From: Amoebidium appalachense
Taxonomy: Eukaryota; Protista; Ichthyosporea
Length of the DNA stretch: 64,000 bases
Assembly (NCBI GenBank): GCA_963693365.1
Contig: CAVNZM010000002.1
Coordinates: 13,239,615-13,303,614 of the forward strand
Direction: 5' to 3'
Below are positions 30,205 through 58,298 of the stretch, in pieces. The notes beneath the pieces are model-generated. The model ran no database searches. It had not been told where the DNA came from and saw only the letters and a list, made by a program, of their open reading frames with translations. The first letter of the stretch is position 1. Every line of letters begins with the position of its first letter. Position numbers and translations under genes: made by a program.

Positions 30205-31124
30205 GTGCACGTGATATGCACCCGTGTACGTGTGCACTCATGCACGTGCTAAGACGGTGTATCGGTAAACCTAGCAGGGGAAATGATTAGCCCAACCTGT
30301 TTGGTGCTCCGGTGCACCCGACGTTTGTGTTGCACGTACACGTGATGTGTAAGTCCCGTCTCAGTACATATTTTCTGGTTGTAAGTAGGATGGGGACTTG
30401 GGCATATGGCCACGTTGTGGGTGGGTGGCGGTGGCGGTGGTGGTTGGGGGGAGGGGGGGGGGGGAGGGGGGGGGGGACTGATTGTGATAGCAGCGTCAGT
30501 TAGCATTGTTCTGTTCTGAAGTTGGCCACATTAACAACTCGGGAGTGTTCCCAAATCTCTTGTGCAGGTGCGAAATGCTAAAAATGAAACCTTGGGTGTT
30601 ACTGCCAGCCTACATGCAAGCACAGAACTCTATTTATGATTGTAATAGGCCACGTAAGTATTGCTGGTGCAGACATGTGCATGAGGTGGGGTGCTCACTG
30701 CTGGCAGTGGGTGTATTCATACGTTTGCTGGTATTTTAAATTTTTAAATGACTTTATTCAATAAAAGCTATTGGTGCACTGCAGGACGGTGTACTCTTTA
30801 AAGATCATGTTTGTAGCGTCCCACCCAGTCTAGGTCTATTTACCCTTTCTTACATGAGTATTAGGACTAATATTAAACATCTTCAAGGCAAAGCACCCTC
30901 ACACATTCGTTTCGTATGTACCACTTCCCGGAAAAAACCCTCACCCAGAAGAGAAAAAGATCTAGAGAAGCGATGTTGCTGTGTGGAATAATATTAATGA
31001 AACACACGGGTAACCTTTGGTGATCGATCCTATCATTCATGCAATACCACTACATATGTACCTATGAAAAATTCCCAAAGGTCCGGACCGTCTAATTTTA
31101 GATGCAAGCATCTATTTATGGGTT

Positions 31125-40683
<9,559 letters not shown>

Positions 40684-42279
40684 GCTGCTGATGTGCTTTT
40701 AAGCAGGAATTGTGTATTCCTTATGCTGGGCACCCGTTTCAAGCGAGTGTGTGAGTGTGTTTGGGAGCTTCTAGGACTATGTGTTTGTTGGTACGTTGGC
40801 AGTTGAGTGGTCCAGTGGCGAGGTTACCGGTGTCTGCGCGGGCGTAGGAGCGGAATAGGTTGAAGGAAGTTATTAGAGAGAAGTTCCCGGCAAGAGGCAG
40901 AGGAGGAAAGAAAAAAGAGTTATTGTCAACAAGCAAACGCTTTCAATGTTTGGCTTGCGTGGTGGGCTAACACTAAAAAAACAGTTATAAACACACAACC
41001 ACTTGCTGTTCTGTTTTGCCACGTGCGAAAATTGAATTATCCCGCCAAATAGATCTGATAGCCTGTAGCGTTGTGATTGGTCAACAAGGCACCCATAGAT
41101 TTTGGGGCCAACACCAGCACATTCAAAATTTTCTCTATTAAGTTTGCTTATAATGAATTTGTATGCTTATTCTTTTCAAAATTATACTTTAAAGTATTAA
41201 TCTTGCAGATTCTTGCTCATGGCTTTCTAATTTAGCCTAAACACATAATGCTAATATTCTGTGTTGCCAGCATCGCAACCCCTTTCCATTGGTTACGGCC
41301 ACACGTGTTACCCACCACACATAAATCTATCTTCTACATTAACCGTAACCCAATCAAATAACTTTTTTAGCTTAGAAAAGCAAGTTAAAAGTCTTTCAAT
41401 GCTTAAATGTGGCTTTATCATGTCTTCGTAAGTACCCCTCCTCCACCTAAGGGGGAAAATGTGTCGTCAAGCCGCGTTCACAAGCCACACGGCACCTTAC
41501 GTTCTTGGAAGACCTGGGCAGGTAAACTTTGATGTTTATGTAGGGTTCTATGCGTGTGTGTCTGTGTGTGTGTGTGTGCGTTTGTGTGTGTGGTCTGCGT
41601 GTGTGTGTGGGAGGGGGGAAGGAGATGGCGGAGGGGGGTTATGTATGTTGCCCATCCTGGCGGCCACGGCCGGGTGTCTGCATGTGCCTGGCTGCCTTTA
41701 TATATATTTGTTATGAAATTGTGTCTTGTGTCTGATTTCCCTCAATGCTTTTGCTTTGCAAGTGGCTGTGTGTACGTGCCGGTTCCCCATTTAGCGTTTC
41801 CCGTCCTGCCTGGCATCAGCTTTTCGCTCGTTTGTGCTTGATGATTCATGCCTTGATTGCTTTTAGGCTTACAACGTTCTTTATACCTTGCTTTAGTAAC
41901 TCTTGTTCGCTTGTCTGCCATCATTCAAACGCCGGTGAACATAACTGCGTATGTGTAACTGGAGGGGGTGAAAGTGTGTGTGTGGGGAGGGGGGTGTGGG
42001 GGGAGGGGGGAGGGAGGGAGGGAGATTGGAGCAAGGTGTTCCTTGTGGTGGAGGGCTGAGGGAGGGCACGGTGTTCAACTCTTTATTCTCATGGTTTATC
42101 AGCTGCATATGAGGAGACTGTCGGGGAAGCTTAAGGGAAAGTGAGGAAAGATCTGCTGCTGTAACTGGCTCGATGATAGCGAAACACGTTATTCGGCGGT
42201 TTAAAGATATTCCTGGCTGTGTGTGACGTCTCACAGTGTGTACTTCACCTAGCACCCTCTTCGGGCCTTATCAGCAAAA
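40684..42279. promoter_or_regulatory. Divergent (head-to-head) promoter/5'UTR region of NSUN6 and ADK
   Basis: Microsatellite-poor AT-rich core with CCAAT/ATTGG motifs (~41076, ~41288, ~41350) and CACGTG motifs (~41020, ~41302); gtaagt donor at ~41428. Confidence 0.5.
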
Positions 42280-49009
<6,730 letters not shown>

Positions 49010-49035
49010 TGCACCTATAACCATAGTATGTTCGC

Positions 49036-49222
49036 ATTTCTCGGCGAAATCGTACGTAATCGGAGAGATCTGGTCTAATCGGATGCAATCGGAATTTTTG
49101 TAAAGTTTTCGAAAAGGTGGGCATTCTTGCGCACGGTATGATCGAATTTCTTGGCGAAATCGTACAGAGCTGGAGAGATCTGTTCTAATCGGATGTAATC
49201 GGGTTTTTGTGGAATTTTGCAG
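49036..49222. repeat. Diverged tandem duplication (~111-bp spacing) in the ADK 3' region
   Basis: atttctYggcgaaatcgtac..ggagagatctg.tctaatcggatgYaatcgg..tttttgt at 49036 and 49147. Confidence 0.8.
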
Positions 49223-49632
49223 AGAGATCCCATCCGTACTGTGATCATTTGGCCTGGGCTGGCCCGGCCGTTAGATATATTTTGCAGGTGTTTGATTTCC
49301 TTTGCTTACTATATATAGTAAGATTGAGTTGGTTCGTGGGGTTGAGGGCAGTGGGGATGAGGTCACACACGTGTGTGCAAGTGCTTGGAGGGGGGTAAAT
49401 ACCTCGAGGTATGTATGTACATAGACACTACACGTAATAGGTCTTGGCCCGGATGATAGTAAATACTGAAGGTTGCTAGGTGTGGGCAGAACGACGTGCC
49501 GCATGGTCCATATGGATTTCAGGATCAATAAACGTCCAATTGAGAGACATGGATAATTTATAAAAGTGCTTACAAGTCGTGCATATCCGCCTATCCGCAT
49601 GGCTTTCTAAGAGTCGTCGTCCCCCCCTCTCC

Positions 49633-49872
49633 CGCCTCTGATCAAGACGGACGACTCAACCTTGTTCAAATCAAGTGAATAAGTATCTGAGTTGGAATTC
49701 GTCGACCTAGAGCCTAGTTGAATGGGTCGAAACTCAAATACTATGGATGACGTAGGCCGGGGCCCCCTAGGGGCTCTGCTTATTATGTCTGGTTTGCACT
49801 TCGCATTGTGTTCAAGTGTCCATTATGAATGCGTACTTCGTACTCTTGTGTGGGGGGACGCAATATATTTAC
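49633..49872 (+). mobile_element. SINE-like interspersed repeat, long diverged copy C
   Basis: gcctctgatcaagacgg..cttgttcaaatcaag..agtatctgagttgg..gtcgaaactcaaatact..ggggctctgcttattatg..gtacttcgtactc, followed by a C-rich tract. Confidence 0.6.
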
Positions 49873-50109
49873 CCCTCCCTCCCCTTCCTCCAACCCCCCC
49901 CCCCCCCCCCCCCCCCCCAACCTGCAACCCCGGGCCCTTGGGCCCCGGTGGTAATCGCTACATTCCTTGTCACATGTTGAGATTTCGGAGTCCTCGAGCT
50001 CAATTCTTTTGCACACCGCGTACAAATTTGTATATTTAGACCGCGGGTTCGGTATCAACATGGCCCCTCTAGGCCGTCCCAACCGGTACCACCTCACCTC
50101 TGTAGCCCG

Positions 50110-50163
<54 letters not shown>

Positions 50164-51223
50164 CTGTAAAGATACCTATATAGATTTGACAGCACCTTAT
50201 GCTAAAAAATAAACAATAAAAAAAACAAGAACCCACAAGTGGCATGCCTCACGGGCAGCAAAGTCACATTTGAATGTCAGTCGTGAGTGGGTGGTGGCTC
50301 GGGTCAACCCTCAAGGCCCGCGTGAACGTTAACCCCCAAAGATTCGACATCAGATATATGCAAAGCCGCCCACTACTATCGGATATCGTTAATTGGGCCT
50401 TTTTATTATTATAGGGTCCTGCCCAGTTGCTGCACTTGCACATGTACGTGGCACTGCATCATCACAACACAGCTTTCGAGATGTGTCATACGTAATGAAA
50501 TTATCAAGGTCGGAGTCTACTCCCGAGGTCGCTATGGCAAGTGCCTCTCTTGCCTGCCCTTGGAAAATACTATATACATAATAGTACATTTTCGTGTAAA
50601 CGGCGGCTGGCCAGAGGACCACAGTCAGCCCGTACATACAGATCGAGTCTAAGATATCATCTAATTAGATCGTTGATTCGCCTGTTGTGCTGGCTAACAA
50701 GTCCGAGGCTATGGAGCCAGTTCATTGGTTCTATTAGTTTTGGAGTTTTTAATGTTAGGACTGGATGTAACCGTAACGGCATAATAACCCCTTGGGAGGT
50801 GTGGGAGAGGGGGAGGGGGGGGGGGGGGGGGGGGGGGCAAACACGTGCCATGTGTGTGCTAGCCTACGCACCGTTTGTCTATCATCCGAAATCGGTGCAG
50901 TAACGTGCCATTTTGCCCCCCTCCCCCCCCCCCCCCCCCCCCCCCCTCCCCCCCCCCTCCCCCAACTAACCAACCAACCAAGATACACGCACGGTATAAA
51001 AATAATATTGGGAAGGATATTATCTGCCTGTACCCATGTGGCACATGTGCACCAGTCGAGGAGCCCATTCCCGGCTGTTTGTTTTATCGTATTAGTATCG
51101 GTCAGTAAGTTGTATGATGTGGTAGGTTGTGCCTGCACTCGGATATCCAGGATGGAGACGCTTTGGCCCCGGGACCTATAAGCTTTTCAGCTGGACTACA
51201 ACTTTGGCCTGCAACCCCCCCCC

Positions 51224-51287
<64 letters not shown>

Positions 51288-51642
51288 ACCCCCCCCCCCC
51301 CCCCCCCCCACCCCCACCCCCCCGCCCTCCCACCCCCCCCCCCCCTCTCCCACCCTCCCCCCCCCCCCCCCCCCCCCCACACCCACCCCCCACCTCCCCC
51401 CACCCCCCCCCCCCCCCCCCTCTCCCACCCCCCCCCCCCCCCACTCCCACACACCCACCCCCCACCTCCCCACCCCCCCCCCCCCTCTCCCACCCCCCCC
51501 CCTCCCCCCACCCCCCCCCCCCCCCCCTCCCCCCCGAGCGTGCGCTCTATACCCACCAAGTCATTTAATATGACCCCTGGCACAGATCCAGGCACAAGTT
51601 TCGAGAATTCTGCATCCCGGCTGATCTTTCTCTCACCCCGTC

Positions 51643-51692
<50 letters not shown>

Positions 51693-52100
51693 GCCCAAAT
51701 CTATGTGCCAACCCTCTGCTTCTATTCAGTGTCCTGTGGTCGTTAAGGGGGAAGCCTCAGTGACATCTTGAACTTTCAAACCATGGCCAAATCTGTGGTC
51801 CATCTCTGTTTCCGACTTCAAACACCCCTCCCCCCCCCCCCCCCCCCCCTCCCCCCTCCCCTCCCCCCCCCCCCCACCCCACCCTCCCGCCCTCCCCCCT
51901 CCCCCCTCCCCCAACCCCACCCCACCCGACGGGCATCCTCTGTCCCCTTCCCCCCTCCCCCCTCCACCCATCTCCTTTCATCCCTCCCTTAACTTAGTTG
52001 CATTTCAGCTACTCTCACACCTCAACACCAGCTCTTTTTGAATCTGTCCTGCATTTATCTCCCTCATTCAAAACCACTGCCTCCTCTGCCACCAACTAAG

Positions 52101-52165
<65 letters not shown>

Positions 52166-52734
52166 CCCCACCTCCCAACCCCTCTCCCTCGTGAACCCCT
52201 CCTCCCCATCCATTTCTATATGTACATTGCACCGGGCCCCGCCCATTGCATTCACAGACTTTGCCTGTGATAAGACTTTGAAATCTCAGGCTGCCTGCCA
52301 GCACGTCTCAGAAATTTATCCGCTCCTTTTTTTTGCCCTTTTGTTTTTGTGTTGCAGATTGTGAACGTGTAGTATCCCCTCCCCTCCCCTCCCTTCTCCC
52401 TTACCCCCCCCTCCCCCCCCCCCCACCTCCCCCACCTCCCCCCCCCCCCTCCCCCCCCAATCCCGAGCACACAGCCCCCCCCCCGCCCCCAAATTAATCA
52501 CAGAATACACATGTCTCCCATCTCCACCACCACTACCTCCTTAACCATCACCCACCCCACACCCCTAAAAGCAGGAAAGAGGGGGAAGCGTCTTCCCGGC
52601 ACCATATCATCCTTCCAAATTGTTCGGCAACACGTTGCTGTTATCTCGGTACAAATCCGAGTTGTGTATATTTTCTGCTCTGGTCATACACTGGCAGTGT
52701 GTAACACTGCACATACTGGCAGTGTGTAAAACTG

Positions 52735-52789
<55 letters not shown>

Positions 52790-53562
52790 ACGCGCACATG
52801 TATGTGCTCGTGCGTGCGTGCGTGCACGTGCCCGTGTGTTTCTGTGTGCGCGCACAGGCAAACACGTGCACGCGGATGTGTGTCTGCGTGTGTTTGTTTT
52901 CTTGGGGTTTTTTTTTGTGTGTGTGTGCACCTTTCAGTAGAGCGCATTCGCCCATGAACATGTGTGCAGATGTGTGTTTACGAGTGTGAGTGGTGTAGTG
53001 TTAGTGTTATGCCCACAATACTCAATCTCGTATCTCGTCTAAATTCTAACTGTGTTGACTGCAATATATTGGCATGCACCATGCACACGGTTCACTACCA
53101 ACACTACCGTACAAACACGCATGCATAAACCCGTATAGATGTATTTGCGTGTGTGGTTCTCTCGGGATATCAGGGAAGCCACGTGACTTTTGGAAAAGGC
53201 TGTCTTTCAAATAATTTTCTTGACCAAAGGCAGCCACGATGTACACAGTACACCCGGTTATGTATTCAGATTAGGTTGCTACATACCTGCCATCCAACTC
53301 TCCTGAACAAGGCCTGGCATTCAATGTTTACAAGTGGGCACAATTAGAAGGTTCCGGGGGGGGGGGGGGGGAGGGGGGGGGGAGAAGGGGGAGGGGGAGG
53401 GGGGCTCTAACTGGAATGCGCAACAGCAGGCCCGTGGGACCGGATCGGAGGGAAGGGAAAAAATTGCCATATGCAGTGAGTGACAGCAAAGGGGACGCAT
53501 GGTGCGTGTGGGTCCAGGGATTGGGGGATTGGGGATTTGCTTTTTTTCTTTCCTTTTTCCTT

Positions 53563-53601
<39 letters not shown>

Positions 53602-53829
53602 AGAGGGGAGGAAGGGGGGGGGGAGGGGGATAGAGACAGGCACATGAAAAAAATCGTTGAACGGGGCAGGTCAAGAGAGAGATCCTTTTATGGTTAATGC
53701 TTGGGGGCCCAGTGGAGGGGGGGGAAGCTCGGGGGAACCAGGTGTCCCTGTGTTCGGGCGGGGCTGCTCTGTGTGTGTGTGTATGTGTGTTGTGTGTGTG
53801 TATACTGCGCGCGTGTGTTTGCGTATGTG

Positions 53830-53868
<39 letters not shown>

Positions 53869-54273
53869 CCTCAAGCTGCGTGCGTGCGTGCGTGCCTCAG
53901 GCTGCGTGCGTGCGTGCGTGCGTGTGCTTGTGTGTGTGTGTTTTTGCGTGAAACTTTATGTTTGTACGTAGGTGTGTGTGGGTGTGTTGTATGTGTGTAT
54001 GAGCGTGTGTGCATGTGTACATGTGGGGCGACCAAAATGCGAGTAAATTCGTCTGCATGTGTGTCTCTTACGAAATTTAGACACTGTTTTTTGAAAGTCC
54101 AAGTTTTATTTTCTTTAACAAAAACAGGCACGATGCACACAGTACACCGTCTATATATCTATTTCTTTAGCAAATGCAGGTGCACACAGTACACCGCTAT
54201 ATATATCTATACAGTCGAACTTGCTACCTCTCTATCAATACATACACGTGGGCGCCATGAGGCAGCCACACAC

Positions 54274-55980
54274 CTAGTTGAAGGTCACGGTCTGGCCGTT
54301 CCATTGGCTCTGGTACAGCGCCTCGACCTTGCCGTTGTATGATTGGTCCAGGCGCACAAGCAGGTCCTTGCCACCGCCCATGTTGCCGCTGAACGTGCAC
54401 CCGCCCTGCATCGTGAGCTTGGCCCCCTTTGCAAACGCAGACGTGCCGGACAGCGAGTCCCACACGGCGGCACCCTTTGCGCACGTGTTTGAGGTGAACT
54501 TGCCGTTGATGCTGACCACACCGCCCGGGTGCACCTGGTTGTTGGCAATGGCGGCCCCGCGGTCCTGGCTGGCCGTGTTGCCGCTGAAGACCGAGCCGCC
54601 GTCGACCTTGAAGGTGCCCTCCACGTACTGCACCCACATGGCCCCACCGCGGGAGCCCCAGCCCAGCTCCGTGGCCTTGTTCTTGTTGAACTTGCTGCCC
54701 GTGACCCGGGTGGTGGTGCCGCTGGCCACGGTGCCCACATACACGGCACCGCCGCCGCTGGCGGCGTTGTTCTCAAACGTGCAGCCGTCAATGGTGATGT
54801 CGCTGCCGGCCCAGTTGGCCAGGAAGGCGCCGCCCATGCCGTGCTGGAACTGGTGCTTGTTGTTGCGGAACACGCTGTTGCGCAGCACCGCGGGACCCTC
54901 GAGGTCGGCCACCCACAGGGCTCCGCCACCCTCCCAGCGGGGGGTGGGTATGTTCTCCACCACGTTGTCCTGGAACGTGCTGCCCTCAACGGTCAGCGCC
55001 GACGGCATGCCCACAAACACGGCAGACCCACCGCGGGCCTGCTGGCGGAAGCCCTGGAAGACGCAGTTGGTGATGGTCATTGCCGTGAACTTGGTCGGGG
55101 GGTTGGGGTACTCGTCCTCGCCCAGCTCGAGGGTGCGCAGGGCTGATGCATAGCCGCCCGTGCTGGTAAAGAACAGGTTGCGCAAGACCACCTTCTGGCC
55201 GTCCCCGGTGGGGCGCAGGATGGCGGCCGTCTTCTTGCTGAATGTGGCCGTGACCTTGGGCTGGCCCTTTGTGCCGGCAAACGTCAGCGACTTGCTGAAG
55301 GCCACCTCGGCCCCGACCGTGATGTCGCTGCTGATGCTGACCGTGGCGCCGCTGGGGGCTGCGGCCACGGCCTTGGCCAGGCTGCTGTAGCACTTCTGGT
55401 TGACGCTGATGGCACACTTGCCCGGCGCCACCGGTGGCTCGTCCCCGGTGGCGGTGGGGACCGTGGTGTCTGTTGGCGTGGGCTCCTCGGTCTCGGTGGG
55501 CTCAGGTACCACGGTGGTGGTCAGATCGCCGTACTTGATTTCGCAGCAGTAGTCCTCGGTGCAGGGCATGGTGGTGCCGGCACGAGGCTTGCAACGGCGC
55601 ACAGGTGCGCCCTTGGGGTCGCTGTAGAACTTGTCGCAGCGGACCTTGCTGGCGCAGCTCACGAAGGAAGAGCCACTCGGCTGAGGGTCGGGCCCGGGCC
55701 CGGGGGTGGGGGGGGGATTTGGGTCGGCCTTGACCTTGCAGCAGTAGTCCTCGGTGCAGGGCATGGTGGTGCCTGCGCGGGGCTTGCAGCGCATGATGGG
55801 AGAGCCCTTGGGGTCCGGGTTGTACTGGGCACAGTCGACCTCGGTGGCACAGCTGACAAACGAGCTGCCGCCCGACTGGTACTGGGCCGCAGCCAGGGGC
55901 ACGTCGCGGATGTGCAGGCTGTAGGCGGCGGAGAGAGACGCGCCGCCCGCTAGGACAGCGGCTAAGCGGATGCAGTGCAT
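54274..55980 (-). CDS. Intronless secreted protein, 568 aa: signal peptide, 2 Cys-rich repeats, Pro/Thr linker, right-handed beta-helix (Pmp-like/pectin-lyase-like)
   Basis: MHCIRLAAVLAGGASLSAA signal; strong GC3 bias; GGA(L/V/F/M) and FxxN repeats (FQDN, FRNN, FENN, FSGN). The ORF-track start at 56121 is a TTG upstream of the TATA box. Confidence 0.85.
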   Translation of the reverse strand: MHCIRLAAVLAGGASLSAAYSLHIRDVPLAAAQYQSGGSSFVSCATEVDCAQYNPDPKGSPIMRCKPRAGTTMPCTEDYCCKVKADPNPPPTPGPGPDPQPSGSSFVSCASKVRCDKFYSDPKGAPVRRCKPRAGTTMPCTEDYCCEIKYGDLTTTVVPEPTETEEPTPTDTTVPTATGDEPPVAPGKCAISVNQKCYSSLAKAVAAAPSGATVSISSDITVGAEVAFSKSLTFAGTKGQPKVTATFSKKTAAILRPTGDGQKVVLRNLFFTSTGGYASALRTLELGEDEYPNPPTKFTAMTITNCVFQGFRQQARGGSAVFVGMPSALTVEGSTFQDNVVENIPTPRWEGGGALWVADLEGPAVLRNSVFRNNKHQFQHGMGGAFLANWAGSDITIDGCTFENNAASGGGAVYVGTVASGTTTRVTGSKFNKNKATELGWGSRGGAMWVQYVEGTFKVDGGSVFSGNTASQDRGAAIANNQVHPGGVVSINGKFTSNTCAKGAAVWDSLSGTSAFAKGAKLTMQGGCTFSGNMGGGKDLLVRLDQSYNGKVEALYQSQWNGQTVTFN

Positions 55981-56040
55981 GATGCCTGTTGTGTGTCTAT
56001 CGGTATTGTGTGGTTTATGTTGCCTGCCACGGTGGGTTTT

Positions 56041-56125
56041 GATTGACTGACTTGTTTGTGGTTTGGACAAAGTGGGCGTCATGTATCGTTTATATAGCCT
56101 GGCGAATGCTGTCTGGTCCAATCAC
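56041..56125 (-). promoter_or_regulatory. Core promoter of the left copy: CCAAT box, TATA box, initiator-like block
   Basis: CCAAT 56118-56122, TATATAAA 56089-56096 (-), then ccactttgtccaaaccacaaacaagtc; shared with the right copy. Confidence 0.65.
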
Positions 56126-56809
56126 AATGGCGCTTGCTGGGCACCTGTACTATCAGCAGGTGTGTAAATTCTTGCTAATCCTACAACAAATGGATGAATA
56201 TGTTTAGTTTCTAAGCGTGCGAATTGCAAATACAGCCTATAGGCATATTTGTGAGCGTAATGAATGTTGCCTCAAATTTACTAAATTTTTGAAACAGTTT
56301 TACTTCGACAAGTCACCATTCACCTTGCAAGCCTACGTATACATGCGGTCTTGCCTGATAACACGGCCGGCCAGGTCCGGCAACCGGGGGCTCACGCGCC
56401 CACCAGTTGACCAATGGCAAAGCTCGCTCATAGATGACAGACGGATGACTCTTTTTGATGAAGCAAATGATTGGATTCTCGCACAAATACTTGCACAGAT
56501 GATCTATTTCTTTCGTGACATGTGGTTGGTAAATACATTTGGGAGACATCAAAACAGTGATCGTACACCAATCAACAATCTACAGTATTTCCGCCAACAC
56601 ATGATCATGCAGTTTCGGACTTCTGTTCATGGATCGGCCTTCAAATTCCAACTCACAAGCCTTTTCCTGCATTAAGAATATAATTGAAACATAGTTACTA
56701 ATAAAAGCTCATTTATATGTAATCACGGTTAATTAGAAGTTCACAAGCATATCATAATTATCACTGCATGCTTCACAATGCGCCGCACGCGATGCATATG
56801 GACAAGCGG

Positions 56810-57228
56810 CGCGCCGGCGTCGGGTTTGCCCCGCCGGCCCGGCAGGGCCTGGGAAAAGGGGTTCGCCCAAAGTTTCACAGGCCGGGCCGGATCGGGTTTC
56901 ATTTTAGCCAGGACGGGTTCGGTCGGTCATGGAAGATCTACTGCTACATAGGGTCGGTCGGTCACCGGTCACACAAGTCCCAAACCGGGTCGGTCACCGG
57001 GCCGGGTCTAAGGGAAAACCTCGGGAGTCCGCCATTAGCTAGTGGGGGCGCAGCGTGTGTTTTGCCGTGTAACAAGCGGTGGCACATCCTGATTAGATGG
57101 ATCCCCTGTTTAATTTGCACGCCCTTGTGTTTACACGGTGCTACGGTACGCACGTGTGTACTATGTGTGTGCGCGCGTGTGTGTGCGGATGCGCACAGTG
57201 CGCGCGCGCACGTATGTGTACATGTACA

Positions 57229-57275
<47 letters not shown>

Positions 57276-57312
57276 ACGTGTGTGTGTGCCGTCTGTGTGT
57301 GTCTGAGAGCAC

Positions 57313-57345
<33 letters not shown>

Positions 57346-57381
57346 ATGTGTGTGCGTGTGTACATGTGTGTGTGTGTGTGT

Positions 57382-57466
<85 letters not shown>

Positions 57467-57891
57467 TGTTTGTGTGCCCAGTGTAAATTTGTATGTGCCA
57501 CGTGTGTGTGTATACATGTGTGTTGACATGTGTGTGCAGCGTGTGCGCGTGTGCACGTGTGCGTGCCAGTGTGTGTGAGCGTATACGTAGACAGCAACTA
57601 CCTGTACGTGTGTCATAAAGCAGTAAAAAATGATATATCATTGTACCTATACATAATCACTGTAGGCAACAAACGGAAAATAATGCACAACTATGAAAAA
57701 TAATAGTATTGTTTTATGTATGTCCACCCGGATACCCGTGCGGGTTTTGGCCTCGAGCCGGGTCGTTCACGGGCCGGCCTGGTCGGGTATTTTTGGCTTT
57801 CGGGTATCTCCAAAATGACCCGGTCGGTCACCCGACCGACTCGAATACCTGTAGGTCCCGAGTCGGGCCGGCCCGGCCCGGCATATCCCTG
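56810..57891. mobile_element. hAT-like DNA-transposon end remnants in the palindrome spacer
   Basis: Two CpG-rich blocks (~56810-57020 and ~57725-57891) with clustered CCGGG/GGTCGG/ACCCG motifs. The right block ends ...ccggcatatccctg (CAGGGATATG on -, cf. Ac-type CAGGG TIR). No matching TIR pair or 8-bp TSD found. Confidence 0.4.
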
Positions 57892-58148
57892 CCTGCACGA
57901 TGGTCTGAGAAACTTTGCTTACCTGGATATATTGACACAATTGATCATTGTCGCAGGCTGCCACCGCAAGAAGCAGTATCCCATGCATATAACTTAGAAG
58001 TTTCAACTAGGGCCAAATGATTATTTCCTGGTAAAGACTTCGGTAATCCGAGTTATCAAAAGCGCCACCCTCAGCAAACTTTGAAATGAGGTGCAGTGAA
58101 ATGGTTCGTTGAAAGACTCCAAAAGAATTCACGCCTCTTTGCCGAGGT

Positions 58149-58220
58149 TTGATTGGAGCCTACAGCGGACGGCTGGGTATATAACAAGGTGCCACTTCGT
58201 CCAAACCACAAACAAGTCTG
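58149..58220 (+). promoter_or_regulatory. Core promoter of the right copy
   Basis: ATTGG 58152-58156 and TATATAA 58178-58184 (21-nt gap, same as the left copy), then ccacttcgtccaaaccacaaacaagtc. Confidence 0.65.
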
Positions 58221-58298
58221 CAAATTGCAACAAGGCAGTCAATCAGACACATAGATAGAGAAGGTACACACAATACCGATAGACACACAACAGGCATC

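Noticed and set aside
49668-49692. U2 snRNA similarity (atcaagtg..agtatctg)
   Set aside because: The GUAGUA branch-pairing sequence is interrupted, and there is no U2 stem I or Sm site.
55981-56121. 47-aa N-terminal extension of the left copy (615-aa ORF)
   Set aside because: It starts at TTG upstream of the TATA box, is absent from the right copy, and would bury the signal peptide.
56810-57891. A complete non-autonomous hAT element
   Set aside because: No matching TIR pair or 8-bp TSD; kept only as low-confidence remnants.
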